Below, piece after piece: positions 37,026 to 46,352 of a stretch of 64,000 bases of DNA. The first letter of the stretch is position 1. Every line of letters begins with the position of its first letter. Below the pieces are notes generated by a model that ran no database searches, was not told the DNA's origin, and worked only from the letters and a program-made list of their open reading frames with translations. The position numbers and the translations under genes were made by a program. Source of the stretch: a virus; the IMG/VR virus record IMGVR_UViG_3300034062_002410, positions 1 to 64,000 of that record. One strand, given 5' to 3'.

Positions 37026-40000
37026 ATGGGATGTACTTATGAATTTATGGGTAAACTTTATACTAAGGAGCAACTAACTCAGTTGCTCCAAGATAAAGGC
37101 ATTCAGAATAAAATAAAAGTATTAGAAAGTAATATTAAACAAGATTATGGAGTATCTAATTCTCCTGAAGAAATATCTTATGAGTTTTCAGAAGATGATT
37201 TTGTAGCTTTTGATGATACTATAGCTACTAATGATGATAACATAAACTTTGATGCTGCTCAAGAAACTGATGCAGATATGGTATTAGATTATGATAAACT
37301 TGTAAAGTTTAAAAAGAATCTACTTAATACACTTAACAATAGAATTGCTAATCTTAAAAGTTTTATAAATACATTAACTGATAAAAATAAAGTAAAAGAG
37401 AACACTAAGTTATTAGAAGAGTTACAAGAAAGAGCTAATGTATTAGACCAGGAAATATATAATGAAAAAAATGCAGGTGAAACATCTTTGCAGAAATTAA
37501 AGTTTCAAGCTGAAAGAGATTTACAAAGACTTGAAAAACTATTAAGTCCTAATGAAGGATTAACAGATGATTATGAAAACTTACAAGAAGCTAGAAAAAT
37601 ACTTAACTTTTATAAAGCATTAGAATTAGTTAGGAATAAAGTTGATGTAGATAATAATGCATTTAGTGTTCATCCATTTTTTAATATTGAAGAAATATTA
37701 GGACCTGATGGTAATCCTATTCTATCTGATGAAGTAGCTGCTGTATTTAATAATATAGCAGCAGAATTTAAGAAAAGAGAGAAGCCATATAATGATAGAC
37801 AAAAAGTATTATTAGAGAGAATAATTAATTCTAATCCTAAAGTAAGAGAAATAATAGGAGAAAAAACCTATGATGAATTAATGGAAAATCTTGATGATGC
37901 TCATTATGTTGATATGTGGATGATGGAAGCTAATAGAGGTATATTTTCTAAAAATGGTTTAATACCACAAGTAGCATTAGAAATAATACAAGATAATGAT
38001 ACTGAAGCTTTAAGTAAACATAAAACATTTGAAGAAAAACATAATGAACTTTTACCTAAAGTAAGAGCAGCATTGAAAAGATTAAACACAGGATTACTTT
38101 CAGGACTTAAAGGAGTATCATATAAAATATTTTTTCAACAACTATTGCCTGGAAAAACAGGAAATAAAATAGTAAATAGATTTTCACAAGATTACTTTGA
38201 TAAACTTAGTGATGTACTATTTAGATTTAAAGAATCATTGTTAAAAGCTCAAGCATTATCTCCAACAGAATTAAATGAAGAAGGAGATGAAGTAAGAAAG
38301 AAAGCTATAAATAGTGCTTATGAAGCTAAACAAAAATGGTTTAGAGAAAATACAATGATGCTTGATGTTAGGAAATTACCTGAAATTGCAGCTATATTTC
38401 CTGAATTTGAATTACAATATCAAGATGATGGAGGTAAACATAAAAAAGAGTTAATAGCACAATTAGGTCAAATAGGATATAAAGAGCAATTAAATAAACA
38501 GGTTAATGAAATTAAAAAATATATAGCCTGGAGAGATTCAATTCAAGAAATGTTTCTTGAACAAAAAAATGCAGAAAGTATAGGTGACCTAACTAAAGAA
38601 GAGTTAAATGAACTTAAGCTTACATTAGGAACTCATAATCCATTTAATGCAGCTGCTTATTTTTATGATAATGAAAAACTTAAAATAGGAGGTAAGTTTG
38701 AAAATAGTTCAATGAACTACAACATAACTGTTCCAAGAAAATATACTGTTGAAGCATTAATAAATGCAAATGGTAAACTTACTATTAGTCCAACTCAAAA
38801 TGAAACAGGATTTTATGATAAAAATTATGAAACTATAGAATCTGATAAAGATTTAAAAGCTTACTATGATTTGATTAGTGAAAGAATGGAACAAGTAAGT
38901 GAAATATTTCCTGAAGAAATTAGAAAGAATTTATTTTCAGGTTCTTTGTCTATGATTAGAAAAACAGTAGCTGAAATATTAACTGACCCTAATATTCCAA
39001 TTCTTAAAAGAATATCTAAAGCACTTAATCAAATATATGAAAATATTAAATTAGGATTTGGAGTAAATCCTAATGAGAGTATTCATCAAGATACCTTAGA
39101 TGTTATTACTAATAGGGCAGAACCTAAAGTAAATTCATCATTTTTAAATAATAATAAAGAAGCTATATCAGAAAGATTTGATATTGTAAGAAGAAAATTA
39201 AATAATGAATTAAGAAAAGCAGGATTACCTTTAAGAGTAAATAAATATACTGAGATATTAACTGATGCCTTACCTTATCCTGTAGTAAAGTTATTAGCTG
39301 AAAAATTAGGAATACCTGCAACTACTAATGCATTAAAAGCAAAGTTTGGTGAAAAGATAAAAGTAGGTGATGTATTATATAAACTAACCATATCAGATAT
39401 AGTTGAGGAAAACTCATTAGACTTACCTAAGATTGTAAAATATTATTCAATGATGGGTGCTGAATATGAAGCAAGACAAAAATCATTACCATTAATATCA
39501 ATACTTAAACAACACTATAATCAAATTAAAACTTCATTAAAAGCAGGGCAAACTTTAAGAACAAGAGCTAATACTCAATTTGAGTCTTGGTTTAATAGAG
39601 TAGTTTTAGGTAATCAATTTGAAGAAAAATATGGAGTTGAAAGTCAAAGTACACTTGAAGAAAAGAAAACTGTTAAAGATAAAGTAAATGCATTTTTTAA
39701 AGGTAGACTTCTTTCAGGTCAAGAAGAAACTATGAGAAGAGATATTAACTCTTTAATTAATGATATAGATAAACAAATTGTTGAGTTATTACAAGAAGGC
39801 ACATTAGAATCTCAAGTAAAAATTAATAAATTACAAGATGAAAAAGCAGAATTAATTACTAAAAGAGAAGGATTAGGAAAAAGAAGAGCATTGTCAAAAG
39901 GTATTGATTCATTATTAGGTCATGTTAGATTTTTAGGATTAGGTTATAAACTTAGTTCTATGGTAACTAACTTTTTAGAAGGTCAAATAGCTAATATGAC

Positions 40001-41663
40001 GATTGCTGCAACAGGAGATTATTTTGAACCTAAACATTATTATAGAGCATTGCATATTGTTAAAGGTAGTATATTTAAAAATGCTACTCTTGGTGGATAT
40101 GCAACTAAAGGTGCAAAGAAAACAAGAATATTTGCTGATAGATTTGATATACTTCAAGATTCAACTAATGAATTACAAAAAGCATCTCAAAAAACTGCAT
40201 TAAGTTATGTAGATTATGTAACTCCATATACAGGTAACAAAAGAGTAGAGTATTTAAACCAAACTCCACTTATGGATGCAATAATGTTGAATACTGAAAT
40301 TACAGGATTAAATGGTGAGAAAAGTAGTTTATGGGATGCATTAGATGAAAATTGTAAATTACTACCTAAATTTAGAACTAAAGAAAATATTGAAGCATGG
40401 GAACAAGGAAAAGGAGAAAAAGCTCAAGAATTTAAAAAGAATGTTAGTAATGCTATTACAACTGCTCATGGTAACTATGATAAGTTAAGAGGTATTATGG
40501 CTAAAGAATCAGTAGCAGGAAAAGTAATATTAATGTTTAAAACCTGGATGGGTTCTCAATTATACCAAAGACTTGCTATTGAACAAGATGATTTATCAGC
40601 AAATGCTAAAGGATATAAAGGTAGATATAGGTCACATACTAAAGCATCAGCATTTTTACATGGAGCAATGATAGGTGGAGTTTTTGCAGGATTACCAGGT
40701 GCAGCTATTGCTGGTGGATTTGGTCTTGTACTTGCTTCATATAAAGGTAAAGCTATCAGTAAAACAGAAATGCAAGAAGGTGTAATAGGTGGATTAAAAG
40801 AAACAGCATTTTTACTTAAATCGTTAGTTAGAAAAACAATAGGTACACCTATTAACCTTTTAGCAGGTAGAGAACTTATAAAAGAATATGGTAATTATGA
40901 TAAGTTAGTAGGTGAAAATTTTACAGAAAGAGATAAGAAAAACATGAGAGCATTAATTGCTGAAATGTCAATTCAATTATCATTACTTGGACTTGGATTA
41001 TTAGTAAAACAATTATATTGGGATGATGATGACGATGAAGAAGACCCTAAAAGAATACAACATAATATCTTAATGAACTATGTAAATCAATTACAAGAAT
41101 CAGCAGCAGGGTATATTATATTACCTAATAGTTATGAAACATTATTTGGTAGAGTAGGTTTATTTGACTTTGCTAATAATGTTGGTAAAGTAGTAGTTGA
41201 ATTAGAAGGATTACAAAGTGACAATGATATAGCAACTACTGGTTCTAATAAAGGAGAATCTAAATTATTAAAAGCACTTAAAAAAGTTACATTACCTGCT
41301 ATTTTAACTCAAGATGCATTTGGATTTGAAACTCTTGGCTCAAGACAATTTTCTCCTACATTTTATGATGATTGGTTTTGGGATGATGAAAAGAAAGCTA
41401 AAAAAATAATAGAACAAAAAAGAGCAGTAGTAAGAACTGAATTAGAAAAAGAAGGAATACCTGAAAAAGAAATACAAAAGTTATTAGATAAAAGTTTAAA
41501 ACTACCTAAGGACATTAAAGACCCTAACAGTAGAACTGCTACTGAAAGCATTAAAGAAAAGAAACAAAAACTAACTCCTGAACAAAAGAAAAGATTAAAA
41601 GAGTTAGGAAAAGAATTAGAAGAAGAAGAAAAATCTAAAGAAGAAGATGAAGAGGAAAATTAA
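37026..41663 (+). CDS. large virion cargo protein downstream of the RNAP gene
   Basis: 1545 aa, helical, with late hydrophobic segments (GAMIGGVFAGLPGAAIAGGFGLVL); canonical last gene of the crAss-like cargo block. Confidence 0.7.
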   Translation: MGCTYEFMGKLYTKEQLTQLLQDKGIQNKIKVLESNIKQDYGVSNSPEEISYEFSEDDFVAFDDTIATNDDNINFDAAQETDADMVLDYDKLVKFKKNLLNTLNNRIANLKSFINTLTDKNKVKENTKLLEELQERANVLDQEIYNEKNAGETSLQKLKFQAERDLQRLEKLLSPNEGLTDDYENLQEARKILNFYKALELVRNKVDVDNNAFSVHPFFNIEEILGPDGNPILSDEVAAVFNNIAAEFKKREKPYNDRQKVLLERIINSNPKVREIIGEKTYDELMENLDDAHYVDMWMMEANRGIFSKNGLIPQVALEIIQDNDTEALSKHKTFEEKHNELLPKVRAALKRLNTGLLSGLKGVSYKIFFQQLLPGKTGNKIVNRFSQDYFDKLSDVLFRFKESLLKAQALSPTELNEEGDEVRKKAINSAYEAKQKWFRENTMMLDVRKLPEIAAIFPEFELQYQDDGGKHKKELIAQLGQIGYKEQLNKQVNEIKKYIAWRDSIQEMFLEQKNAESIGDLTKEELNELKLTLGTHNPFNAAAYFYDNEKLKIGGKFENSSMNYNITVPRKYTVEALINANGKLTISPTQNETGFYDKNYETIESDKDLKAYYDLISERMEQVSEIFPEEIRKNLFSGSLSMIRKTVAEILTDPNIPILKRISKALNQIYENIKLGFGVNPNESIHQDTLDVITNRAEPKVNSSFLNNNKEAISERFDIVRRKLNNELRKAGLPLRVNKYTEILTDALPYPVVKLLAEKLGIPATTNALKAKFGEKIKVGDVLYKLTISDIVEENSLDLPKIVKYYSMMGAEYEARQKSLPLISILKQHYNQIKTSLKAGQTLRTRANTQFESWFNRVVLGNQFEEKYGVESQSTLEEKKTVKDKVNAFFKGRLLSGQEETMRRDINSLINDIDKQIVELLQEGTLESQVKINKLQDEKAELITKREGLGKRRALSKGIDSLLGHVRFLGLGYKLSSMVTNFLEGQIANMTIAATGDYFEPKHYYRALHIVKGSIFKNATLGGYATKGAKKTRIFADRFDILQDSTNELQKASQKTALSYVDYVTPYTGNKRVEYLNQTPLMDAIMLNTEITGLNGEKSSLWDALDENCKLLPKFRTKENIEAWEQGKGEKAQEFKKNVSNAITTAHGNYDKLRGIMAKESVAGKVILMFKTWMGSQLYQRLAIEQDDLSANAKGYKGRYRSHTKASAFLHGAMIGGVFAGLPGAAIAGGFGLVLASYKGKAISKTEMQEGVIGGLKETAFLLKSLVRKTIGTPINLLAGRELIKEYGNYDKLVGENFTERDKKNMRALIAEMSIQLSLLGLGLLVKQLYWDDDDDEEDPKRIQHNILMNYVNQLQESAAGYIILPNSYETLFGRVGLFDFANNVGKVVVELEGLQSDNDIATTGSNKGESKLLKALKKVTLPAILTQDAFGFETLGSRQFSPTFYDDWFWDDEKKAKKIIEQKRAVVRTELEKEGIPEKEIQKLLDKSLKLPKDIKDPNSRTATESIKEKKQKLTPEQKKRLKELGKELEEEEKSKEEDEEEN

Positions 41664-41688
41664 GACATTAATAGTTGGCTATAGAAAT

Positions 41689-41719
41689 AAAAAAGCAACC
41701 CATTACAGGTTGCTTTTTT
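41689..41719. terminator. bidirectional intrinsic terminator between the convergent genome arms
   Basis: AAAAAAGCAACC-CATTACA-GGTTGCTTTTTT, giving a U tract on either strand. Confidence 0.85.
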
Positions 41720-41766
41720 CATGGAAACACACAAATTAATAACACACAAGGAACACAAAAACTTTA

Positions 41767-42477
41767 TTAAAACTTAAATAAGTTATAAGAAATTCCTACA
41801 CCAATATATGGTACAGGTCTAAAATTTATAAGGTCTAACCCATATCCTCCTGTTATTCCAACTCCAAAATGTTTAGGTTTAGGTTGGGTTACTTTATAAG
41901 CCATAATTTCTGAAACTTTAGAATATGGATTTTCATTAGTGACTAAAACTTCCATTTTCTTAGTCTTCTTGTTTCTAATAAAAGCTACTGAGTATTTGTT
42001 ATTAAATTCTATTGAAATGTCAGAGCTTTGAAAATTGACTTTTCCTTTTAAATTTACCCAATCATTATTAAATTTTACAAGAAACTCTTCTCTTTCTTTT
42101 CCTGTACTATCAATATAAATTATAGTACTATCAGTTTCAAAAATAGTATCAAATTTTATTTTTTCCTGGAATACTGTTATTACTTCAGGTTTTTTGTTTT
42201 TGTATTTTTGAATTTCTGTTTGTAATGCTTTTACAATTTCTCTATCAGATTTAATTTCTAATACTTGTTTTGCATTTTCAACTTCCAATACTCCTATTTT
42301 AGATACTGCTCTACCATATTTATCTTTATAATGAATAACAGTATCTAAAACTAAAAGTTGAGATTGATATTTAGCTTTGTATTTAGTAACTAATACTTTG
42401 TTACCACAATTACTGATTAACAATATAATAATTATAGTGATAAGAGTAATTATCAATGTTGTGTTGATGTTTTTCAT
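41767..42477 (-). CDS. membrane-anchored coiled-coil protein, spanin candidate
   Basis: N-terminal TM/signal segment ending ISNC, then a coiled coil and a C-terminal beta-hairpin FGVGITGGYG...YIGVGISYNLFKF. Confidence 0.5.
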   Translation of the reverse strand: MKNINTTLIITLITIIIILLISNCGNKVLVTKYKAKYQSQLLVLDTVIHYKDKYGRAVSKIGVLEVENAKQVLEIKSDREIVKALQTEIQKYKNKKPEVITVFQEKIKFDTIFETDSTIIYIDSTGKEREEFLVKFNNDWVNLKGKVNFQSSDISIEFNNKYSVAFIRNKKTKKMEVLVTNENPYSKVSEIMAYKVTQPKPKHFGVGITGGYGLDLINFRPVPYIGVGISYNLFKF

Positions 42478-42493
42478 AATAATAAATTTTAAT

Positions 42494-42525
42494 AAAAAAG
42501 TGAGATATTCCTACCTCACTTTTTT
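42494..42525 (-). terminator. terminator-like hairpin after dUTPase
   Basis: AAAAAAGTGAG-N10-CTCACTTTTTT inverted repeat. Confidence 0.55.
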
Positions 42526-42552
42526 CCCTAAAAAACCAAAACTATATAAAAA

Positions 42553-43056
42553 CTATAAAAGACCTGTGCTGCCAAAACCATCCATGTTTCTATTTGTATT
42601 GCCAAGTTCATCAACTATTAAAAAAGAAACTACCTCATATTGAGTTAATACACCTTGTGCAATTCTTTCACCTATTGATACTTTAGATAAAGATTGAGTC
42701 ATATTACAAAGTATAATTCCAATTTCTCCTCTATAATCTGAGTCTATAGTTCCAGGAGAATTAAATACTTTAAGTCCTTTCTTTAAAGATACTCCACTTC
42801 TATCTCTTATTTCTAATTGATAACCTTCAGGTATATCCATAAATAATCCTGTACCTATTAATACTCTTTCAAAAGGTCTTAATACTATATAACCTTTTTG
42901 AATACTATGTTGTAAATTATCATCTAAAGATATTTCTTGAAGTCCTTTATATAGTTTTAAAAATGAATCTGCATATAAGTCAAATCCTGCTGCTACTTTA
43001 GTTGCATAAAATGGTAATTCAACTCCATCATTCTTTCTTTTTACTTTTACTATCAT
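42553..43056 (-). CDS. dut: trimeric dUTPase
   Basis: Motifs AAGFDL, RSG, GTIDSDYRGE, RIAQ and GFGSTG. Confidence 0.95.
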   Translation of the reverse strand: MIVKVKRKNDGVELPFYATKVAAGFDLYADSFLKLYKGLQEISLDDNLQHSIQKGYIVLRPFERVLIGTGLFMDIPEGYQLEIRDRSGVSLKKGLKVFNSPGTIDSDYRGEIGIILCNMTQSLSKVSIGERIAQGVLTQYEVVSFLIVDELGNTNRNMDGFGSTGLL

Positions 43057-43094
43057 TGTATATATTAAATTTTATACAAAAATAAAACTTATTT

Positions 43095-43562
43095 TTAAAT
43101 ATCAAATTTATAAAGTTTATAAATTTGAATAATTTTTCCTATATGTTGCCAATAATAAGGTGATTCACCATATCCTTTACAATTTTCAATCCAATATTTC
43201 CAATCTTTACCTACTGCATTACTATAATGATAAGCTAAAAATTCAGCATGGTCTATGTATCCTTCTTCTAATGTATCATATTTTCTAAATGCTAGGTACT
43301 TATTTGCTCTATAAACATCTCCTTTCCAATTTGAAAATGCTACAATACCAAAATGATTATTAGATTGTTTAGCAACATTAGATATACCACCTCCAGATTC
43401 TGCAATTGCTTGAGCTAACTGAATACTTGTAGGAACTCCACATTTATATTGTAAATTCATACATATTACAGGAGCAATAGTAGTATAAAGATATTTTTCA
43501 TGAACATTTAATTCATTGTAATGCCCTATTGATGTAAACATCATAAATAAAAAGTAAAACAT
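43095..43562 (-). CDS. GH73 glucosaminidase (FlgJ-like)
   Basis: SIQLAQAIAESG, NNHFGI and FRKYDT motifs. Confidence 0.85.
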   Translation of the reverse strand: MFYFLFMMFTSIGHYNELNVHEKYLYTTIAPVICMNLQYKCGVPTSIQLAQAIAESGGGISNVAKQSNNHFGIVAFSNWKGDVYRANKYLAFRKYDTLEEGYIDHAEFLAYHYSNAVGKDWKYWIENCKGYGESPYYWQHIGKIIQIYKLYKFDI

Positions 43563-43580
43563 AATTTATAATTTAATGTG

Positions 43581-43614
43581 AAAAAAAATGTGAGTCAATT
43601 ACTTAACCCACATT
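43581..43614 (-). terminator. intrinsic terminator candidate
   Basis: Minus strand AATGTGGGT-N10-ACTCACATT followed by a T run. Confidence 0.55.
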
Positions 43615-43646
43615 ATTAACTTACTTAAAACTAAAAAAACCAAAAC

Positions 43647-44066
43647 TTACAAATTATCAAACCAAGATTCATTTTTAATAGTCATAATAAACTTTATTAT
43701 GTCATTAGCATAAATCTCAGCATTACTAACTATTTCTTCTTCTTTGTTATTTATATCCCAATCATTATTAAGTAATGATATATGAATAGTTTCATGCATA
43801 ATGCCTGTATAGTCTTTATATGTACCATCTAATCTTGTAGAATTGATAAATACAAATCCTGGGTCACCAAATTTATATTCTCCTGATTTTTTAGGAATAT
43901 AATTAGCCATACCATAAATGTATGCTTGTTGACTATTTTCTTTATGTTTTAAAGCATCCTTTTTAGTTAAACCATGTAACTCATCTACTTTAAAATAGTT
44001 AAATAAATCAACAGATTTTTCACCTAAAATAAATAAAAAATCTTTAAACTGTTTTGTGTAAATCAT
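43647..44066 (-). CDS. small zincin-like (HExxH) protein
   Basis: IMHETIH motif with downstream EEE; the likely start is MIYTK at 44066 because the longer ORF runs through the tRNA-like element. Confidence 0.6.
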   Translation of the reverse strand: MIYTKQFKDFLFILGEKSVDLFNYFKVDELHGLTKKDALKHKENSQQAYIYGMANYIPKKSGEYKFGDPGFVFINSTRLDGTYKDYTGIMHETIHISLLNNDWDINNKEEEIVSNAEIYANDIIKFIMTIKNESWFDNL

Positions 44067-44090
44067 ATTAGTTTGTTTTAAGTTAAAAAA

Positions 44091-44169
44091 TAGTCCTGAC
44101 AGGATTCGAACCTGTAACTTGTTCTTTCGGTTTATCCTTTCACACACGTTACTATTACGCCACAGGACT
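44091..44169 (-). tRNA. tRNA-like element/pseudo-tRNA with an unassignable anticodon
   Basis: Acceptor stem AGTCCTG/CAGGACT, D arm GCGT-AATAGTA-ACGT and T arm ACAGG-TTCGAAT-CCTGT; 30 nt lie between the D and T stems with no canonical anticodon stem; no encoded CCA. Confidence 0.7.
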
Positions 44170-44257
44170 ATAAAATAAAACATCTTGTTCAGGGTAGGTA
44201 GGAGCCCGTTACCTTTATCTGAACCCTTTTGCCATCATTTTCTTTACAGGTGATGTT

Positions 44258-44509
44258 TTATTTTTTATAGGTTTCATTGTAGTATTGTTCGGGTTCATTC
44301 TCCACATAAGGATGAAAAAACTTATACTGAAATGCATCCATTATCTGCTGCTTTTCCATTTCAAGGGCTTTGTTGAAAAGTTTATTAACATCTTCTAATG
44401 CAACATTATAACCTTCTTGCCATTCAGATATTGTATCGTTTAAGTGAGTTTTATGAATTGTCATATCACTTGTTTTTTCCTTTAACCATTCTACTGCTGT
44501 CTGTTTCAT
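44258..44509 (-). CDS. small hypothetical protein (MKQTAVEWL type)
   Basis: N-terminal KQTAVEWL and C-terminal EKQQIMDA...EQYYNETY motifs, which I recall recurring in aquatic Bacteroidota phage proteins. Confidence 0.7.
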   Translation of the reverse strand: MKQTAVEWLKEKTSDMTIHKTHLNDTISEWQEGYNVALEDVNKLFNKALEMEKQQIMDAFQYKFFHPYVENEPEQYYNETYKK

Positions 44510-44802
44510 AAATTATCTTTTTTAAATTGTTCATACAATTCTTGTGTGGTGTAATATTCCATATTTAAACCAATCCATTTATTTCCTGTTGCTGTTTGAA
44601 AATCTTTAATCCTAATCCATTCAGCAAACTCAATAGCATCACTATACATTCTTAGAATGTATAATGCACTATACATTCTTTCAGATTGCCATTTAGCACC
44701 TTCAATAAATCCTAATTGATAAAATTCTGATTGTTGTCCAAAAGCGTAGTGATGTTTTTCCGATAATCTTTCAGCAGCTTCTTCAAGTGTTTCTTGTTTC
44801 AT
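44506..44802 (-). CDS. small hypothetical protein (MKQETLEEAAE type)
   Basis: ETLEEAAE...FIEGAKWQ-x-ERMYS motif; overlaps the next gene by 4 nt. Confidence 0.7.
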   Translation of the reverse strand: MKQETLEEAAERLSEKHHYAFGQQSEFYQLGFIEGAKWQSERMYSALYILRMYSDAIEFAEWIRIKDFQTATGNKWIGLNMEYYTTQELYEQFKKDNL

Positions 44803-44812
44803 ATTATTTTAT

Positions 44813-45676
44813 TTAAAAAATGTAACGAATTTTATTCCAAGGTATTATCTCATCATGTAGTTTTACAAAATCAGATATGTATCTATTCTTTAACTGCCAT
44901 TTATATCTAATGTTTTTAGAACCATAAGATGATACTTTATCTTCTTGTACTTCAGGATTCCATAACAATTCTTCTACTTTAGGATTATGTTCTAAATTAT
45001 ATTCATGCATACTTTTATTATGAGTTAGCATAATACATTCTGCAAGTATATCATTTTTAATTTTATCATCCACATAGTAATCAATCTTTTTAAACAAATC
45101 TTCATATAAAAATTTAGCTCCAGGAATAATTATAATAGGACTAAAATTAATATGAACATCATAACCTGCATAGTAGAAATCATTTATAGCTTCAATTCTT
45201 TCTGAAATTAATGAAGTGTTTGGTTCTAATATATCTGAAAGTTTTTGTGGCATTAGTGAAAATCTAATCCTAATCTTTTTATCAGGATTGTAATCTAACA
45301 ACTTATCATTTACATATTTAGTTGCAAATGTACCCATTATAGGTAAATCAGATTGAGTAAAGAAATCAAATATCTTTTCCCAATCGTGGTACTTAGCATG
45401 TAGTGCAAAATCTTCATTACAAGAAATATCATAAGTCCATAAATCTTCATGTGTTTGATTAGGTATTTTAACACCTAATCTTTGAGCATGATTATATACA
45501 GTCTGTAATATTTCATCAGTATTTGTAGCTATTGATATACCTTCAGGCTTATTTCTTCTCATATAACAATAACCACATTTAAATAAACAACCATGAATAA
45601 AAGAAGGAGTAATGTAATCACTACTCCTTCCTGATGGTTTTATATCTAATGCTTTTCTAACTGTTTGAGTTATCAT
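44813..45676 (-). CDS. spore photoproduct lyase (SplB)-like radical SAM protein
   Basis: CLFKCGYC (CxxxCxxC) cluster motif, a further Cys in YDISCNED, plus ATKYVN, RIRFSL and C-terminal IRY...YIF motifs. Confidence 0.8.
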   Translation of the reverse strand: MITQTVRKALDIKPSGRSSDYITPSFIHGCLFKCGYCYMRRNKPEGISIATNTDEILQTVYNHAQRLGVKIPNQTHEDLWTYDISCNEDFALHAKYHDWEKIFDFFTQSDLPIMGTFATKYVNDKLLDYNPDKKIRIRFSLMPQKLSDILEPNTSLISERIEAINDFYYAGYDVHINFSPIIIIPGAKFLYEDLFKKIDYYVDDKIKNDILAECIMLTHNKSMHEYNLEHNPKVEELLWNPEVQEDKVSSYGSKNIRYKWQLKNRYISDFVKLHDEIIPWNKIRYIF

Positions 45677-45690
45677 ATTAGTTTTTAAAA

Positions 45691-46164
45691 TTAGTAAATA
45701 TACTCACCTACCCATTGAGATTTAACTAAAACTCCATTTTGAATATGTGTATCTTTAGCTTCAAGACTAAATCCAATAGGCATTTTTGGTTGTTGGAGGG
45801 ATTGTATGATATGGTCTTGTGTGTATCTAAATTCATCATACCCATCCTCTTCTATCAATTTATTAAATTCTCTTGCCATTTTAATAGCCTTCATAATATC
45901 CTCCTCTGTGTATTGAAATTCATCAAAACCTATTGGTTCAAGTGGTGGTAGCAAATCAACACCTTCAAGTGTAGGTGCATTATTGAGTGGTAAATGTGCA
46001 ACTATATTTTTACAACCTTTACAAATATCATACTTAGTAGATTCATCTGTAAATCTTGCTTCTAATGGATATTCAGGATAAGTACAAGTGTGCCAGCTTC
46101 CTAACTCAATTTTTGAATCATCTACAATTAGTAAATAATTGGGTGTTTTAATTATATTATGCAT
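45691..46164 (-). CDS. hypothetical protein
   Basis: 157-aa ORF within the co-oriented gene run. Confidence 0.65.
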   Translation of the reverse strand: MHNIIKTPNYLLIVDDSKIELGSWHTCTYPEYPLEARFTDESTKYDICKGCKNIVAHLPLNNAPTLEGVDLLPPLEPIGFDEFQYTEEDIMKAIKMAREFNKLIEEDGYDEFRYTQDHIIQSLQQPKMPIGFSLEAKDTHIQNGVLVKSQWVGEYIY

Positions 46165-46352
46165 ACTCTATTAAATGAAATGTTATTTAATACTTTTACA
46201 TCTTTGTTTTGCCATTCCCATATTTCACCAGTATCTTGTATAACAGTAAAGAGTTTAGATGTTTCAGTACCATATTCTGTTACTAACCATATAAACCCTT
46301 TACCTTCAGGTGTAAGCACCTCTATTCTGTTTTGTGGTTCAAATATTGTCAT
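46152..46352 (-). CDS. hypothetical protein
   Basis: 66-aa ORF overlapping both neighbours. Confidence 0.6.
   Translation of the reverse strand: MTIFEPQNRIEVLTPEGKGFIWLVTEYGTETSKLFTVIQDTGEIWEWQNKDVKVLNNISFNRVCII

Noticed and set aside
397-41551. Short antisense or alternate-frame ORFs inside the structural genes (e.g. 397-669, 11290-11598, 15777-16127, 27258-27542)
   Set aside because: Fully nested in long genes, with no recognisable motifs; expected shadow ORFs.
43077-43084. Bacteroidota TAnnTTTG promoter element upstream of dUTPase (and a similar one near 47466)
   Set aside because: Such matches arise by chance in sequence this AT-rich, and I could not support the upstream -33 element.
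44067-44183. N-terminal extension of the 43647-44183 ORF
   Set aside because: It reads through the tRNA-like element; the ATG at 44066 has a typical A-rich leader.
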